From sequence record NC_048046.1: DNA of 64,000 bases, one strand, 5' to 3'. The notes beneath the pieces were generated by a model. The model did not search any database. It saw only the letters and a list, made by a program, of their open reading frames with translations, and was not told the DNA's origin. The position numbers and the translations under genes were made by a program. This document shows, in pieces, positions 1 to 8,122 of the stretch (position 1 is the stretch's first letter; every line of letters starts with the position of its first letter).

Positions 1-163
1 ATCATCCAGGTAGATCACGATCCGATAGCTCGCCGGCGCCGGTTGGATGAAGGGCTGGCCAGCCGCGTCCCGCATTTCCCGCGCCAGAAGGGGCGGGAAA
101 CCGGTCGAGTTGAAGTCGCTCTCGAAGATGGGGCCGCCGTCGAGATACTCGGTCGACATGACC

Positions 164-586
164 TTAAGCCTCCGGCGTGGGCTCTTGTGGCAGATCGACG
201 TCGCCGATGCTGCCGTCCAGCGCCTTGTCGGCGGTGGCGAAAGCGTCTTCAACCGAGGCGCCTTCAGCGAGTTGCTTGTGGACGTTGCCGAGCGTCTGGG
301 CGACGAGGCCGACGGCGTCCTGGAGCGCTTGCGGGCGCTGGCGAATGATGGTCGAGATGGCGAGCGCCATGATGTCGACGATCGACACCGGATGCGACGT
401 GTTCGGGTAGAGTTCTTCCATCCGGGCGCCGTGAAGGCCCAGGCCGACCGTAAAGCCGCCGGTGCCGGGGATTTCGGTCAGGGTGATGACGGACTTGGCG
501 GCGTCGCCCGGCTTGTAGGAGAGCTTGGAGGCCAGCGCCTTCTCGGCGGCGCGGCGTTGAACTCGGGACTTGGAGGCGGAGGTCAT
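164..586 (-). CDS. hypothetical protein (140 aa)
   Basis: ORF in the same orientation and GC3-rich codon style as neighbours; no recognisable motif. Confidence 0.6.
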   Translation of the reverse strand: MTSASKSRVQRRAAEKALASKLSYKPGDAAKSVITLTEIPGTGGFTVGLGLHGARMEELYPNTSHPVSIVDIMALAISTIIRQRPQALQDAVGLVAQTLGNVHKQLAEGASVEDAFATADKALDGSIGDVDLPQEPTPEA

Positions 587-594
587 GAGGGTCC

Positions 595-885
595 TTAAGC
601 GGTGGTGAACTTGGCGATGCGATTGCAGGCATCGACTTCGTTGATGGGGCCGGCGTCCAGGAGTTCGTTCATGCGCTGCTCGATCGTCCCGTCGTGATCC
701 AGCGACAGGATCGCCAGCCCGTAGAGAAGAGAAAGCGAGGCCGCGCGCCGAATGTTGGGCTTGGACGGGGTGGTGGTGATGATCTGGACGTCGCCCTCGG
801 GCTCGTCGTACGCAGTCAGACTGAAACGGGCTTCAGCTTCCTCGTGGGCGGCCTGGATCACATCGAGAGCAGCGGCTTGGGACAT
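595..885 (-). CDS. hypothetical protein (96 aa)
   Basis: ORF tightly packed upstream of 164-586, downstream of a motif-bearing intergenic region. Confidence 0.6.
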   Translation of the reverse strand: MSQAAALDVIQAAHEEAEARFSLTAYDEPEGDVQIITTTPSKPNIRRAASLSLLYGLAILSLDHDGTIEQRMNELLDAGPINEVDACNRIAKFTTA

Positions 886-901
886 CGGGGAACGAACTCA
901 T

Positions 902-942
902 TGCCAGGAAAACTGACATCTTAGTAGCCAGGAATCCTGGCG
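902..942. promoter_or_regulatory. two tandem copies of the 17-bp TGYCA-N7-TGRCA palindrome
   Basis: TGCCAGGAAAACTGACA (902-918) and AGCCAGGAATCCTGGCG (926-942), intergenic. Confidence 0.6.
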
Positions 943-970
943 CCGGTCAACGTAGTTAATGCGGTGAAGC

Positions 971-1345
971 TTAATTTTCCAGGGGTGTGAATACGTCGCA
1001 GTCGACGGAGGGGGCGCGACGCCATCCACCGTAGATCGGCTTGCCCCACATCTTGGCCCAGGCGATCTCACGGCGAGTGCTGAATCCGATGTAGTGCTGG
1101 AAGGCGCTAACCTCGCTTTCGTGCAGCGTGAGTCCGTCGCCGCCGACGATCAGGATCGCGTCGCTCTCCACGATCTTCCGGAAATGGACGAGATCGAGCA
1201 TAATCTTGTCCTCCTCGGTCATGTCGTCTTCGTGGTGCCCGAAGCTGGCGACCGAGTAGACGATATGCCCGGCCTTCGAGAGGACACGGTTGGCGTGGGT
1301 GAAGGCGTCACGATACTTGGTCGAGCCGCAGAGGGTGATCTTCAT
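971..1345 (-). CDS. nucleoside 2-deoxyribosyltransferase-like protein
   Basis: KITLCGS start, KIVESDAILIV and YIGFSTRREIAWAK segments resemble the NDT/DUF4406 fold; lies next to thyX. Confidence 0.5.
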   Translation of the reverse strand: MKITLCGSTKYRDAFTHANRVLSKAGHIVYSVASFGHHEDDMTEEDKIMLDLVHFRKIVESDAILIVGGDGLTLHESEVSAFQHYIGFSTRREIAWAKMWGKPIYGGWRRAPSVDCDVFTPLEN

Positions 1346-1348
1346 GGG

Positions 1349-1555
1349 TTATTCCTTCCAGAGGCGGTCGACGAAGGCGCAAAGCGCGGTTTCGGCGCGG
1401 TCCTCGGCATCGATCAGGTCTTGAGGCTCGCACCACTGACCATCACCCGGCGGCCCGCCATTCGTCGCGTTCACGACGGTCTGGCGGTAGCGCTTCAATA
1501 GGCGGATGAAATCCGCCAGTTGAGCCGATTGGGCATCACTGGCCGTGCCCATCAC
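1349..1555 (-). CDS. hypothetical protein (68 aa)
   Basis: ORF overlapping the thyX stop, operon packing. Confidence 0.5.
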   Translation of the reverse strand: MMGTASDAQSAQLADFIRLLKRYRQTVVNATNGGPPGDGQWCEPQDLIDAEDRAETALCAFVDRLWKE

Positions 1556-2523
1556 AGTCGCTCGTTCGGGACGAACTTACGGAATTGGGCGAAGCCGCTG
1601 AAGTTGCCCTGGACGTAGTCCGGATCGCTCATCAGCAGCGGCCGAGCCTGATGTTCCAGCGGCGAAGCGTGCTTCGGATCGGCGCCGGCGAGGCGCAGAT
1701 AGAGGTTCAGGTCGGTCTCGATCTCGGGGCGGGCTCCGTCGTGCTTCGAATACGAGACACGGCAGCAGCGGGCAGTCGAGATCGCCAGGAGCAAGGCGTT
1801 GCGAGCCGAGATCGCGTGATGGCCTTCCAGACCCTTGAGGCCCATCAGATCGTAGATCACCTTCGGGACCACCTCGCCCGGTAGAGCGCGTTGGCGAGCG
1901 ATGTTGTCGGCGTCGACGACATCCTGCTGGGTGATGTAGGGCAGGTGCCATTCGCCGTGCTTGAGCACCTTCGGCGTCGCCGCCTCTCGGGCCTCCAGCA
2001 TCATCTCGGCCAGGACACGGATTTCGTCTTGAGCCTCGCCGTGGATGCGCAGGCCGTCGAAATTCGACCAATCGGTCGACGAAATCAGGACGTCGATGTA
2101 GCCGAACCACTCCAGCGGGCGATTGACCCACTGCTTGTGGATGTTCAGGCCCTCCTTAGCCGACATCTGCCCGGTGCGCTTGATGCAGTACGCGGCCATG
2201 TCGCGCCAGATCGCCTCGGCCTTGAACTGTTCGTCCGCCGACAGGTACTCGCCCGGCTGCATGCCGGCCTTGTTCTTGCGGAACTGCGGAATGAAGATGT
2301 CCGCATCACGCACGGTCAGCGAAGCGTGGGGGATGGCGCGGCTGCTGCTGGCGTTGCGCGAGAAGACGCGGTGGGTCATCACCTCACCGTGGATCGGACG
2401 CCAGTAGCGCACCTGGAGCGTATCGATGCGGGCGCCGGTGTCCTCGCTGACCGAGGCGGCGATCGACTTGACCTTGAAGAATTCGCGGATGCGTTCGTCC
2501 GGCTCGTTGGTGAAGAGGCTCAT
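1552..2523 (-). CDS. thyX: FAD-dependent thymidylate synthase
   Basis: ThyX signature variant THRVFSRNASSSR, plus HASPLEHQA and GNFSGF typical of phage ThyX. Confidence 0.9.
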   Translation of the reverse strand: MSLFTNEPDERIREFFKVKSIAASVSEDTGARIDTLQVRYWRPIHGEVMTHRVFSRNASSSRAIPHASLTVRDADIFIPQFRKNKAGMQPGEYLSADEQFKAEAIWRDMAAYCIKRTGQMSAKEGLNIHKQWVNRPLEWFGYIDVLISSTDWSNFDGLRIHGEAQDEIRVLAEMMLEAREAATPKVLKHGEWHLPYITQQDVVDADNIARQRALPGEVVPKVIYDLMGLKGLEGHHAISARNALLLAISTARCCRVSYSKHDGARPEIETDLNLYLRLAGADPKHASPLEHQARPLLMSDPDYVQGNFSGFAQFRKFVPNERL

Positions 2524-2633
2524 GCGCGGCTTTCGTACTGGTTCTGGCCGCGACGCTTTTCGCGCAGATAGGCCGAAGTGAAGGGAAGGGCGCCGCCCGA
2601 GAGCAGCACGAGGAGGATGAGGATGGTCAGCAT
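2520..2633 (-). CDS. small membrane peptide (37 aa, MLTILILLVLL...)
   Basis: ATG at 2633, hydrophobic N-terminus, ATGA overlap with thyX start. Confidence 0.5.
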   Translation of the reverse strand: MLTILILLVLLSGGALPFTSAYLREKRRGQNQYESRA

Positions 2634-2644
2634 GGCGGGTCTTT

Positions 2645-3250
2645 CTAGGCGTCGTCGGCGAAGCACGACGCGGCGAGTTCCAGGTCGCGGATGCCGCGAT
2701 CGTTGGTGATCGTCCAGTTGGCCTGAAGCTGATCGATCTCGACTTCCGACTGGTGCAGCGAGCGTTCGTCCAGCTTCAGCTTTGCGCGCTTGCGAGGGTC
2801 TTCGATGCGGATCAGCGTGCCGCCCAGGCTCGCGATCATCGCGGCCTCGTTGATGAAGCGGCAGTCCGAGCAGACGACGCCGGCCGGCGGATTGCCGTTC
2901 TCGTCGATGATGCAAATGCCGTTGTCGTCGACGCCGCGACCTTCCAGGATTTCACGCACCTTGTTGGCCCAGGCCTGGACCCAGGTCTCGTCGATGTAGG
3001 CGCGGAACATGTCGGTGCCGATCTGCTGGAGCAGCTCGCGCGGGCTCTTGTAGGGCCAGCGATCCAGCACCTTCTCCTTCAGGACAGGGTCCAGCATTTC
3101 GTCATACGTGACTCCGTAGACGGTATTGCAGACCTTGCGGAGCGGGTCGGCGAAGTTGACCTGCACGTAGCCGTGATCGCGGACTAGAGCGCGCGCAGCG
3201 GTGTCCTTGCCATGGCCACGCAGACCAGTGAAAGCGATGATCTTGCTCAT
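2645..3250 (-). CDS. deoxynucleoside monophosphate kinase
   Basis: P-loop GLRGHGKDT, FADPL, RELLQQIGT, SDCRFINE and HQSE motifs of phage dNMP kinases. Confidence 0.9.
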   Translation of the reverse strand: MSKIIAFTGLRGHGKDTAARALVRDHGYVQVNFADPLRKVCNTVYGVTYDEMLDPVLKEKVLDRWPYKSPRELLQQIGTDMFRAYIDETWVQAWANKVREILEGRGVDDNGICIIDENGNPPAGVVCSDCRFINEAAMIASLGGTLIRIEDPRKRAKLKLDERSLHQSEVEIDQLQANWTITNDRGIRDLELAASCFADDA

Positions 3251-3259
3251 GGTGTTTCC

Positions 3260-4585
3260 TCAGACCAGGACGGTGATGGTCTCGGCCGCGCGGGTCAGAC
3301 CGGTGTAGAGATGCTTGTCAGCGTCATCGCGGAAGACGCTGGACTCGTCGATCAGCACGACATCGTCGAACTGCGAACCCTGGACGTTGTGGACGGTGAG
3401 TGCCCAGGCATAGTCCAGGTGGATCAGCTTCTGCTTGGCCTTGTAGGCAGAGCGCGAGTCGGCCGAGAACCCGTTCTTACGGGCCGAGTAGTGCTCCTCG
3501 AACAGGCCTTGGAAGACGGCCTTGTCGATGTAGCGGGCGCCGTCTTCGTCCTCGAACGACATCGTCGTGGAGACCTTGCCGGGCTCCAGATGGACTTGTT
3601 CGGTCAAGCAGGTGCCGAGCGTGCCGTTCACCAGCGAAGGGTGCTCCTTGCTGTTCTTGCGGACGATCAGCGGTTCGCCGGCGGTCGGGCCGGGCGGCAG
3701 GCCTTCGCGGTACATCCGCGTGATGCGGAAGCGGGTGCGGTTCGTACCCACCAGAATTTGCGGACCGTCAGTACCGGCCGCGATCGCCGGCTCGGGATCA
3801 TAGTCCTCGCGGTTCATGACGCGCGCGCAGACCTTACCTTCGCCGTTGACGTGCTCACCCTTCGGCAAGTCCTTACCCTGGCGCGCCAGCGTGGCGAGAC
3901 GGATGATCGGGTTGTCGGCGGCTTGGCGGTGGATTTCGGTCAGGAAGAAGTCGGGATCACCCGCCGTCAGTCCTGGCTTATCGCCGACGGGCGGAAGCTG
4001 GCCGGGATCGCCCATCGCGAGGATCGGCACGCCGAACGACATCAGGTCTTTTGCCATGTCGAAGCCGACCATCGACGCCTCGTCGACGACGATGCACTGC
4101 ATGTCCTTGATCGGGCTGTCGATGTTCAACTGGAAATTGATCTTGTCCTCGTTGTAGAGGTTGTCCAGATCGCGCTCCAGCGAGCGGATTTCCGTAGTCA
4201 GCTTATCGATGTCGTGCGCCGAGCCTTCGCCCGTTTCGATCATCTTCTGGCGCTTGACCTGACGTTCGTAGAGTTCGGATTCCAGTTGGCTTACCGGCGC
4301 GGGCTTCGCGCGATAGATCGCCGAGTGGATGGTGGTGGCGTGCGGGTTGCCGTATTGCTGGGCAGCCAGCTTCTTGCGCATGATCTTCGCGGCCTTGCCG
4401 GTCGGGGCGCAGAAGGCGACGGAGTTGGGCTCGAAGCCCAGGTCCGTGAGAATGTGCGGCAGGATGGTCGACTTACCCGTACCGGCGAACCCACCGATGT
4501 AGGTCAGCGCCTCTGGATAGGCGCCCTTCAGGCGTGCGACCACAGTGCGAACCGCGTCGCCCTGGTGTTCAGTGAGCGTCGTCAT
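3260..4585 (-). CDS. RecD/Dda-like SF1B DNA helicase
   Basis: GFAGTGKST, APTGKAA, VVDEASMV, GDPGQLPPV, LTEIHRQ, YTGLTRA. Confidence 0.92.
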   Translation of the reverse strand: MTTLTEHQGDAVRTVVARLKGAYPEALTYIGGFAGTGKSTILPHILTDLGFEPNSVAFCAPTGKAAKIMRKKLAAQQYGNPHATTIHSAIYRAKPAPVSQLESELYERQVKRQKMIETGEGSAHDIDKLTTEIRSLERDLDNLYNEDKINFQLNIDSPIKDMQCIVVDEASMVGFDMAKDLMSFGVPILAMGDPGQLPPVGDKPGLTAGDPDFFLTEIHRQAADNPIIRLATLARQGKDLPKGEHVNGEGKVCARVMNREDYDPEPAIAAGTDGPQILVGTNRTRFRITRMYREGLPPGPTAGEPLIVRKNSKEHPSLVNGTLGTCLTEQVHLEPGKVSTTMSFEDEDGARYIDKAVFQGLFEEHYSARKNGFSADSRSAYKAKQKLIHLDYAWALTVHNVQGSQFDDVVLIDESSVFRDDADKHLYTGLTRAAETITVLV

Positions 4586-4614
4586 CGGGTATCGGGGGAT
4601 AAGAGTTGAAGATG

Positions 4615-4638
4615 CCCCGCCGACCGAAGTCGGCGGGG
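4615..4638 (-). terminator. GC-rich hairpin with cUUCGg loop downstream of the SSB-like gene
   Basis: CCCCGCCGAC-CGAA-GTCGGCGGGG perfect 10-bp stem; weak U-tract. Confidence 0.55.
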
Positions 4639-4654
4639 TTCGCTTCAGAGCCGC

Positions 4655-5665
4655 TTAGAAGCGGCGACCACGCGGCTCGCCACCGGCAGCGGGAGCCGGA
4701 GCACGGGCGGGAGCAGCCGCCGGAGCCGGACGCGGGGCCGGAGCACGAGCCGCCGGGGCAGGGGCCGGACGGGCAGCGGGAGCAGCCGCCGGAGCGGGAC
4801 GCGAAGCCGGGGCACGGGCCGGAGCGGCGGCCGGGGCTTCACGACGACCACCACGCGGAGCCGGCGCCGGAGCGGGCTCGGGTTCCGGAGCGGCTTCTTC
4901 GACGTACTGGTCGTCGGCGCCCTGGTCGTCAGCGTACTGCTGGTCGTCCGCGTAGCCGGCGTCGCCCGGTTCGGCGTAGTCATCAGCGCCGGCGTCGCCC
5001 TGGTCGTAGTCTTCCGGAGCGCCTTCGGCCATGGCCTGGAGTTCCGATTCCGGCAGCCAGCCCAGAATCTTGAAGGACGGAGCGTACTTCTTGATCTTGC
5101 GGCCGTAGGGCTTGCCGTCGTCGTCGCGTTCCTGGGTCTCGAACGAGGTCGAGCCGAACTCGATCACGGGCAGGGCGCCGGGGTTGTTGCGGAAGTTGCG
5201 GCCGAAGTCCTTCAGGAACGCTTCGAGGGCGTTCATCTTGGACTTGTTGTTCGCCTGGAACAGCAGGTTCAGGAACTCGCCTTCGATCGTCTTGAACTCG
5301 ATCGTCTTCTGCTCGACCCAGCCCTCGCCCTTGCGGTACGGACCGTGGTCGGTCAGGGCGTGCTTCGGCGGAGGCGTACCTTCCTCCAGCGACAGCATGA
5401 TCTCTTCCTTGGGCTTGCCGTCGATCCAGCAAATCCAGCCGCGCTTCAGGCTGCGCGGGTTGACGGCGGCCTGGGTGCCGACGTCCAGCGGGATGTCTTC
5501 GGCACCGTAGCTGTAGTGGCCGTCGTTGCCGTTGAACTTCAGGAAGTTCACGCCATCGCTACCACCACGGTAGCCTTCGGCTTCAGCCGCCAGAGCGGCG
5601 TAGTAGTCATCCGCCGACAGCGCGACGGCGGTGTTGTTGTTGCGCAGAGCGACTTGGTTGGTCAT
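4655..5665 (-). CDS. putative single-stranded DNA-binding/recombination protein with acidic and Ala/Pro-rich tail
   Basis: position between exonuclease and helicase; FLKFNG..YSYG N-terminal core followed by a low-complexity tail. Confidence 0.5.
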   Translation of the reverse strand: MTNQVALRNNNTAVALSADDYYAALAAEAEGYRGGSDGVNFLKFNGNDGHYSYGAEDIPLDVGTQAAVNPRSLKRGWICWIDGKPKEEIMLSLEEGTPPPKHALTDHGPYRKGEGWVEQKTIEFKTIEGEFLNLLFQANNKSKMNALEAFLKDFGRNFRNNPGALPVIEFGSTSFETQERDDDGKPYGRKIKKYAPSFKILGWLPESELQAMAEGAPEDYDQGDAGADDYAEPGDAGYADDQQYADDQGADDQYVEEAAPEPEPAPAPAPRGGRREAPAAAPARAPASRPAPAAAPAARPAPAPAARAPAPRPAPAAAPARAPAPAAGGEPRGRRF

Positions 5666-5796
5666 CTGGTTTTCTACTTCTAAGTCTTTTCTGGTGGGAT
5701 GCTGCCCGGTCGGGATGACCGGGCAGTTCTAGGACCTTCGTCTAAGTCCGAATCTAGGTGCTGTTACTGGTTCTGTTTCTAGTTCTAGTGTAGCCG

Positions 5797-6894
5797 TTAC
5801 TCTTCGTCGGCGTTACGAGGCCCCTTTTCGGAGATGGACAGACGGCTGTGTCCTTCGCCGACCTTCGTGAAGTCTTCGACAGGGATGCCTGCTGCGCGCA
5901 TCGCTTCCACGTCATAGGTCTTGCGACCCTTCACCCAGGAGATCGAGACCTTGGCGACGTCGGGTACCTCGACACGCCGAACCCCAACGTCGCTGAACCA
6001 TTGCTTAAGCTTCTCTGAAGCCAGCTTGTGTTCAGCTTCCGCAGCCTTCTTCGCAGCGGACGCCGCCCGCTCATCGCGAATCAGGCCCTCGGCCTCTTCC
6101 ATCAGCGCGAGCGAAGTGTTCTTCGCGTTCGCTTCGCCCTCCGTGGGGGTCGCGCGGCCGTTGGCCTTCGCGCACTCGTTGGTGAAGGGGCAGTAATCGC
6201 AGCCCCCGTCGACCTTGCCCTCGGAGAAGATTTCGCTGACGTTCTTGATCTCGTAGACCGAGCGAGCGCGCGCCTTGGCGGCCTCGTAGGTCTTCTGGTC
6301 GAACGGGACGACGAAGATTTCGATATCGTCGAAGAAGCTGGCATCGACGTAGACGATCACAGCGTAGTTCGGGCGATACTCCGTCGTCTCACGGGTGATA
6401 CCCATTTGAACGATCGTTTGACCCCGGTGAATCGCCTTCTCCTCCTTCAAGTTCACGCGCGGGTCGATGGACTTGATTTCGAAGTTGAAGCAGGCGGTAC
6501 CGCCCAGGGACGGGATGCCGTAGAGTTCCAGGGCGTCGTCGTCGGCGTCGACCACCAGACCGTCGGGCGTTGCCGTCAGGGGAGCGTCCGGCGCCTTGAG
6601 CGTCTTTTGGTCCTGGCCGCCCCAGATCAGGCGGGCATCGTTGTAGTAGGTCTCCAGGAACCACTTGATCGCGGGCTCGGCGAAGTGACCTTCGATCAGG
6701 TCGCCGCGTTGCAGGGCGCCCCACGACTCCTTATAGTCAGGGTTCTTGGGGTAGTTGTTCTTCGAGAACCACACCTTACGGAGGCAGCCGAAGGCTTCCG
6801 AGGCGCCGACCGTCTTGGAACGGTCGTGAGCCCAGACCTTCTGGTGGCTCTTCACGTAGGTGTCGTAGCCCTCGAAAAAGTCGATAGCGGCCAT
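5797..6894 (-). CDS. Cas4-like PD-(D/E)XK exonuclease
   Basis: GASEAFGCLRKVW, ATPDG, FEIKS, Q-x3-Q and C-terminal CDYCPFTNEC cluster. Confidence 0.8.
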   Translation of the reverse strand: MAAIDFFEGYDTYVKSHQKVWAHDRSKTVGASEAFGCLRKVWFSKNNYPKNPDYKESWGALQRGDLIEGHFAEPAIKWFLETYYNDARLIWGGQDQKTLKAPDAPLTATPDGLVVDADDDALELYGIPSLGGTACFNFEIKSIDPRVNLKEEKAIHRGQTIVQMGITRETTEYRPNYAVIVYVDASFFDDIEIFVVPFDQKTYEAAKARARSVYEIKNVSEIFSEGKVDGGCDYCPFTNECAKANGRATPTEGEANAKNTSLALMEEAEGLIRDERAASAAKKAAEAEHKLASEKLKQWFSDVGVRRVEVPDVAKVSISWVKGRKTYDVEAMRAAGIPVEDFTKVGEGHSRLSISEKGPRNADEE

Positions 6895-6906
6895 GAAAGG
6901 TGACTC

Positions 6907-7002
6907 CTAGGCGGGACGGAGATCGTCGTCGTCGTGGTCGAACAGCGACGCGAAGATGAGGAAGGCGAGCAGGAGCCCGGCGATCTGGAGACCCCAGGTC
7001 AT
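6907..7002 (-). CDS. small membrane peptide (31 aa, MTWGLQIAGLLLAFLIF...)
   Basis: ATGA overlap with the upstream gene stop; hydrophobic. Confidence 0.45.
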   Translation of the reverse strand: MTWGLQIAGLLLAFLIFASLFDHDDDDLRPA

Positions 7003-7610
7003 TCGGGTGCCGGCGCGGAGGCCGCCTGCTGCTTGAGGTCGAACAGGTGGAAGAAGAGGTCGCGGCAGTCGATCACGTCGCCGATAGCTTGGTGGGCGTC
7101 GGTCGGTTCACGGCCGAGCAGATGCGGAATCGCCTCTTCCAGCTTAGGCCACGCGAATTCACCGCCACGCTTCCACTTGCTCGGGAACTTGCAGACCGGC
7201 GTCGCCGCCAGCATGGTGCAGAAGGTCTTCTTCTCGGCGAAGACGTTCAGGACCGGGTTGCCAGAGATCAGGCGTGCCGCGTTGTTGATGACGTTGATGT
7301 CGAACTCGATGTTGTGCGCGACGATCAGATCGGAGCCGATGAGCATGTCGCAGAAGATGTCCAGGGCCGGGTCTTCGAAGACGCCGAACTTCTGAGACAT
7401 CTCGGTGGACGTGCCGTGGACCTTCACCGAGGCCTCCGGAATCTCCTCCTTGCGGTAGACGATCAGGTTGATGCTCTGGAGGACGCGGCGGGTTGCCGGG
7501 TCCACTTGCATCGCCGCGAGTTGGACGATGCGCGGCTGACCTTCGTGGCCGCAAGGCAGGTTCTTGTCCCAGAGGCCGGTGGTTTCGGTATCGAAGAAGA
7601 GGATCGCCAT
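6999..7610 (-). CDS. DnaQ-like DEDDh 3'-5' exonuclease
   Basis: FFDTETTG, VAHNIEFD, WPKLEEA, HQAIGDV. Confidence 0.9.
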   Translation of the reverse strand: MAILFFDTETTGLWDKNLPCGHEGQPRIVQLAAMQVDPATRRVLQSINLIVYRKEEIPEASVKVHGTSTEMSQKFGVFEDPALDIFCDMLIGSDLIVAHNIEFDINVINNAARLISGNPVLNVFAEKKTFCTMLAATPVCKFPSKWKRGGEFAWPKLEEAIPHLLGREPTDAHQAIGDVIDCRDLFFHLFDLKQQAASAPAPE

Positions 7611-7613
7611 GAC

Positions 7614-8045
7614 CTAGATGCCCCGCTTCGGAGGATCGGTGAGGTTCATGCGGTCACGCAGGTAGGCGACGGCCGAAAGGTCGGCCACGTCGATCTGGAT
7701 GTTCGAGGTGACGCCGACGACCGGCTCTTCCGCATCCTTGGCTTCCGCGCGGAACGGCGCGAGCGCGTAGGCGAAGACTTCCGCCCAGGCACGAACCGTG
7801 GCGTAGATCGCGTAGTCGATCAGGATCGCGAGGCCGTAGAAGATCAGCCAAAAGAGGCCGAGAACGATGGCGCTCTTGCGCAGGAAGGCGACCGTGTCGG
7901 TGCTGAACCAGTGCAGCCAAACGTGACTGCCATGGGCGCCAAAGTAGGCCAAAATGACGACGATCGTGGTGATCGTCAGCATGTTGGCGTACCCGTCAGC
8001 CTCGCGCTTGAGGCTCGTGATGAAGGGGGTCGGGTCGGGGGTCAT
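7614..8045 (-). CDS. hypothetical membrane protein (143 aa)
   Basis: two hydrophobic segments; own promoter at about 8068-8106. Confidence 0.6.
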   Translation of the reverse strand: MTPDPTPFITSLKREADGYANMLTITTIVVILAYFGAHGSHVWLHWFSTDTVAFLRKSAIVLGLFWLIFYGLAILIDYAIYATVRAWAEVFAYALAPFRAEAKDAEEPVVGVTSNIQIDVADLSAVAYLRDRMNLTDPPKRGI

Positions 8046-8067
8046 GTCGTTCTCGGAGGAGGCCCTT

Positions 8068-8106
8068 GTTAACCATACTGGCGCCGGGGTGTCAATAATC
8101 CTGGCC
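8068..8106 (-). promoter_or_regulatory. sigma70-like promoter with CtrA half-site and 17-bp palindrome
   Basis: GTTAACCAT at 8068-8076; TGTCAATAATCCTGGCC at 8090-8106 contains a minus-strand TTGACA. Confidence 0.6.
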
Positions 8107-8122
8107 GCGAAATGTGACTCGT

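Noticed and set aside
4680-4990. GC-rich tandem-like DNA repeats
   Set aside because: Explained by the Ala/Pro/Arg and Asp/Gln low-complexity tail of the SSB-like protein
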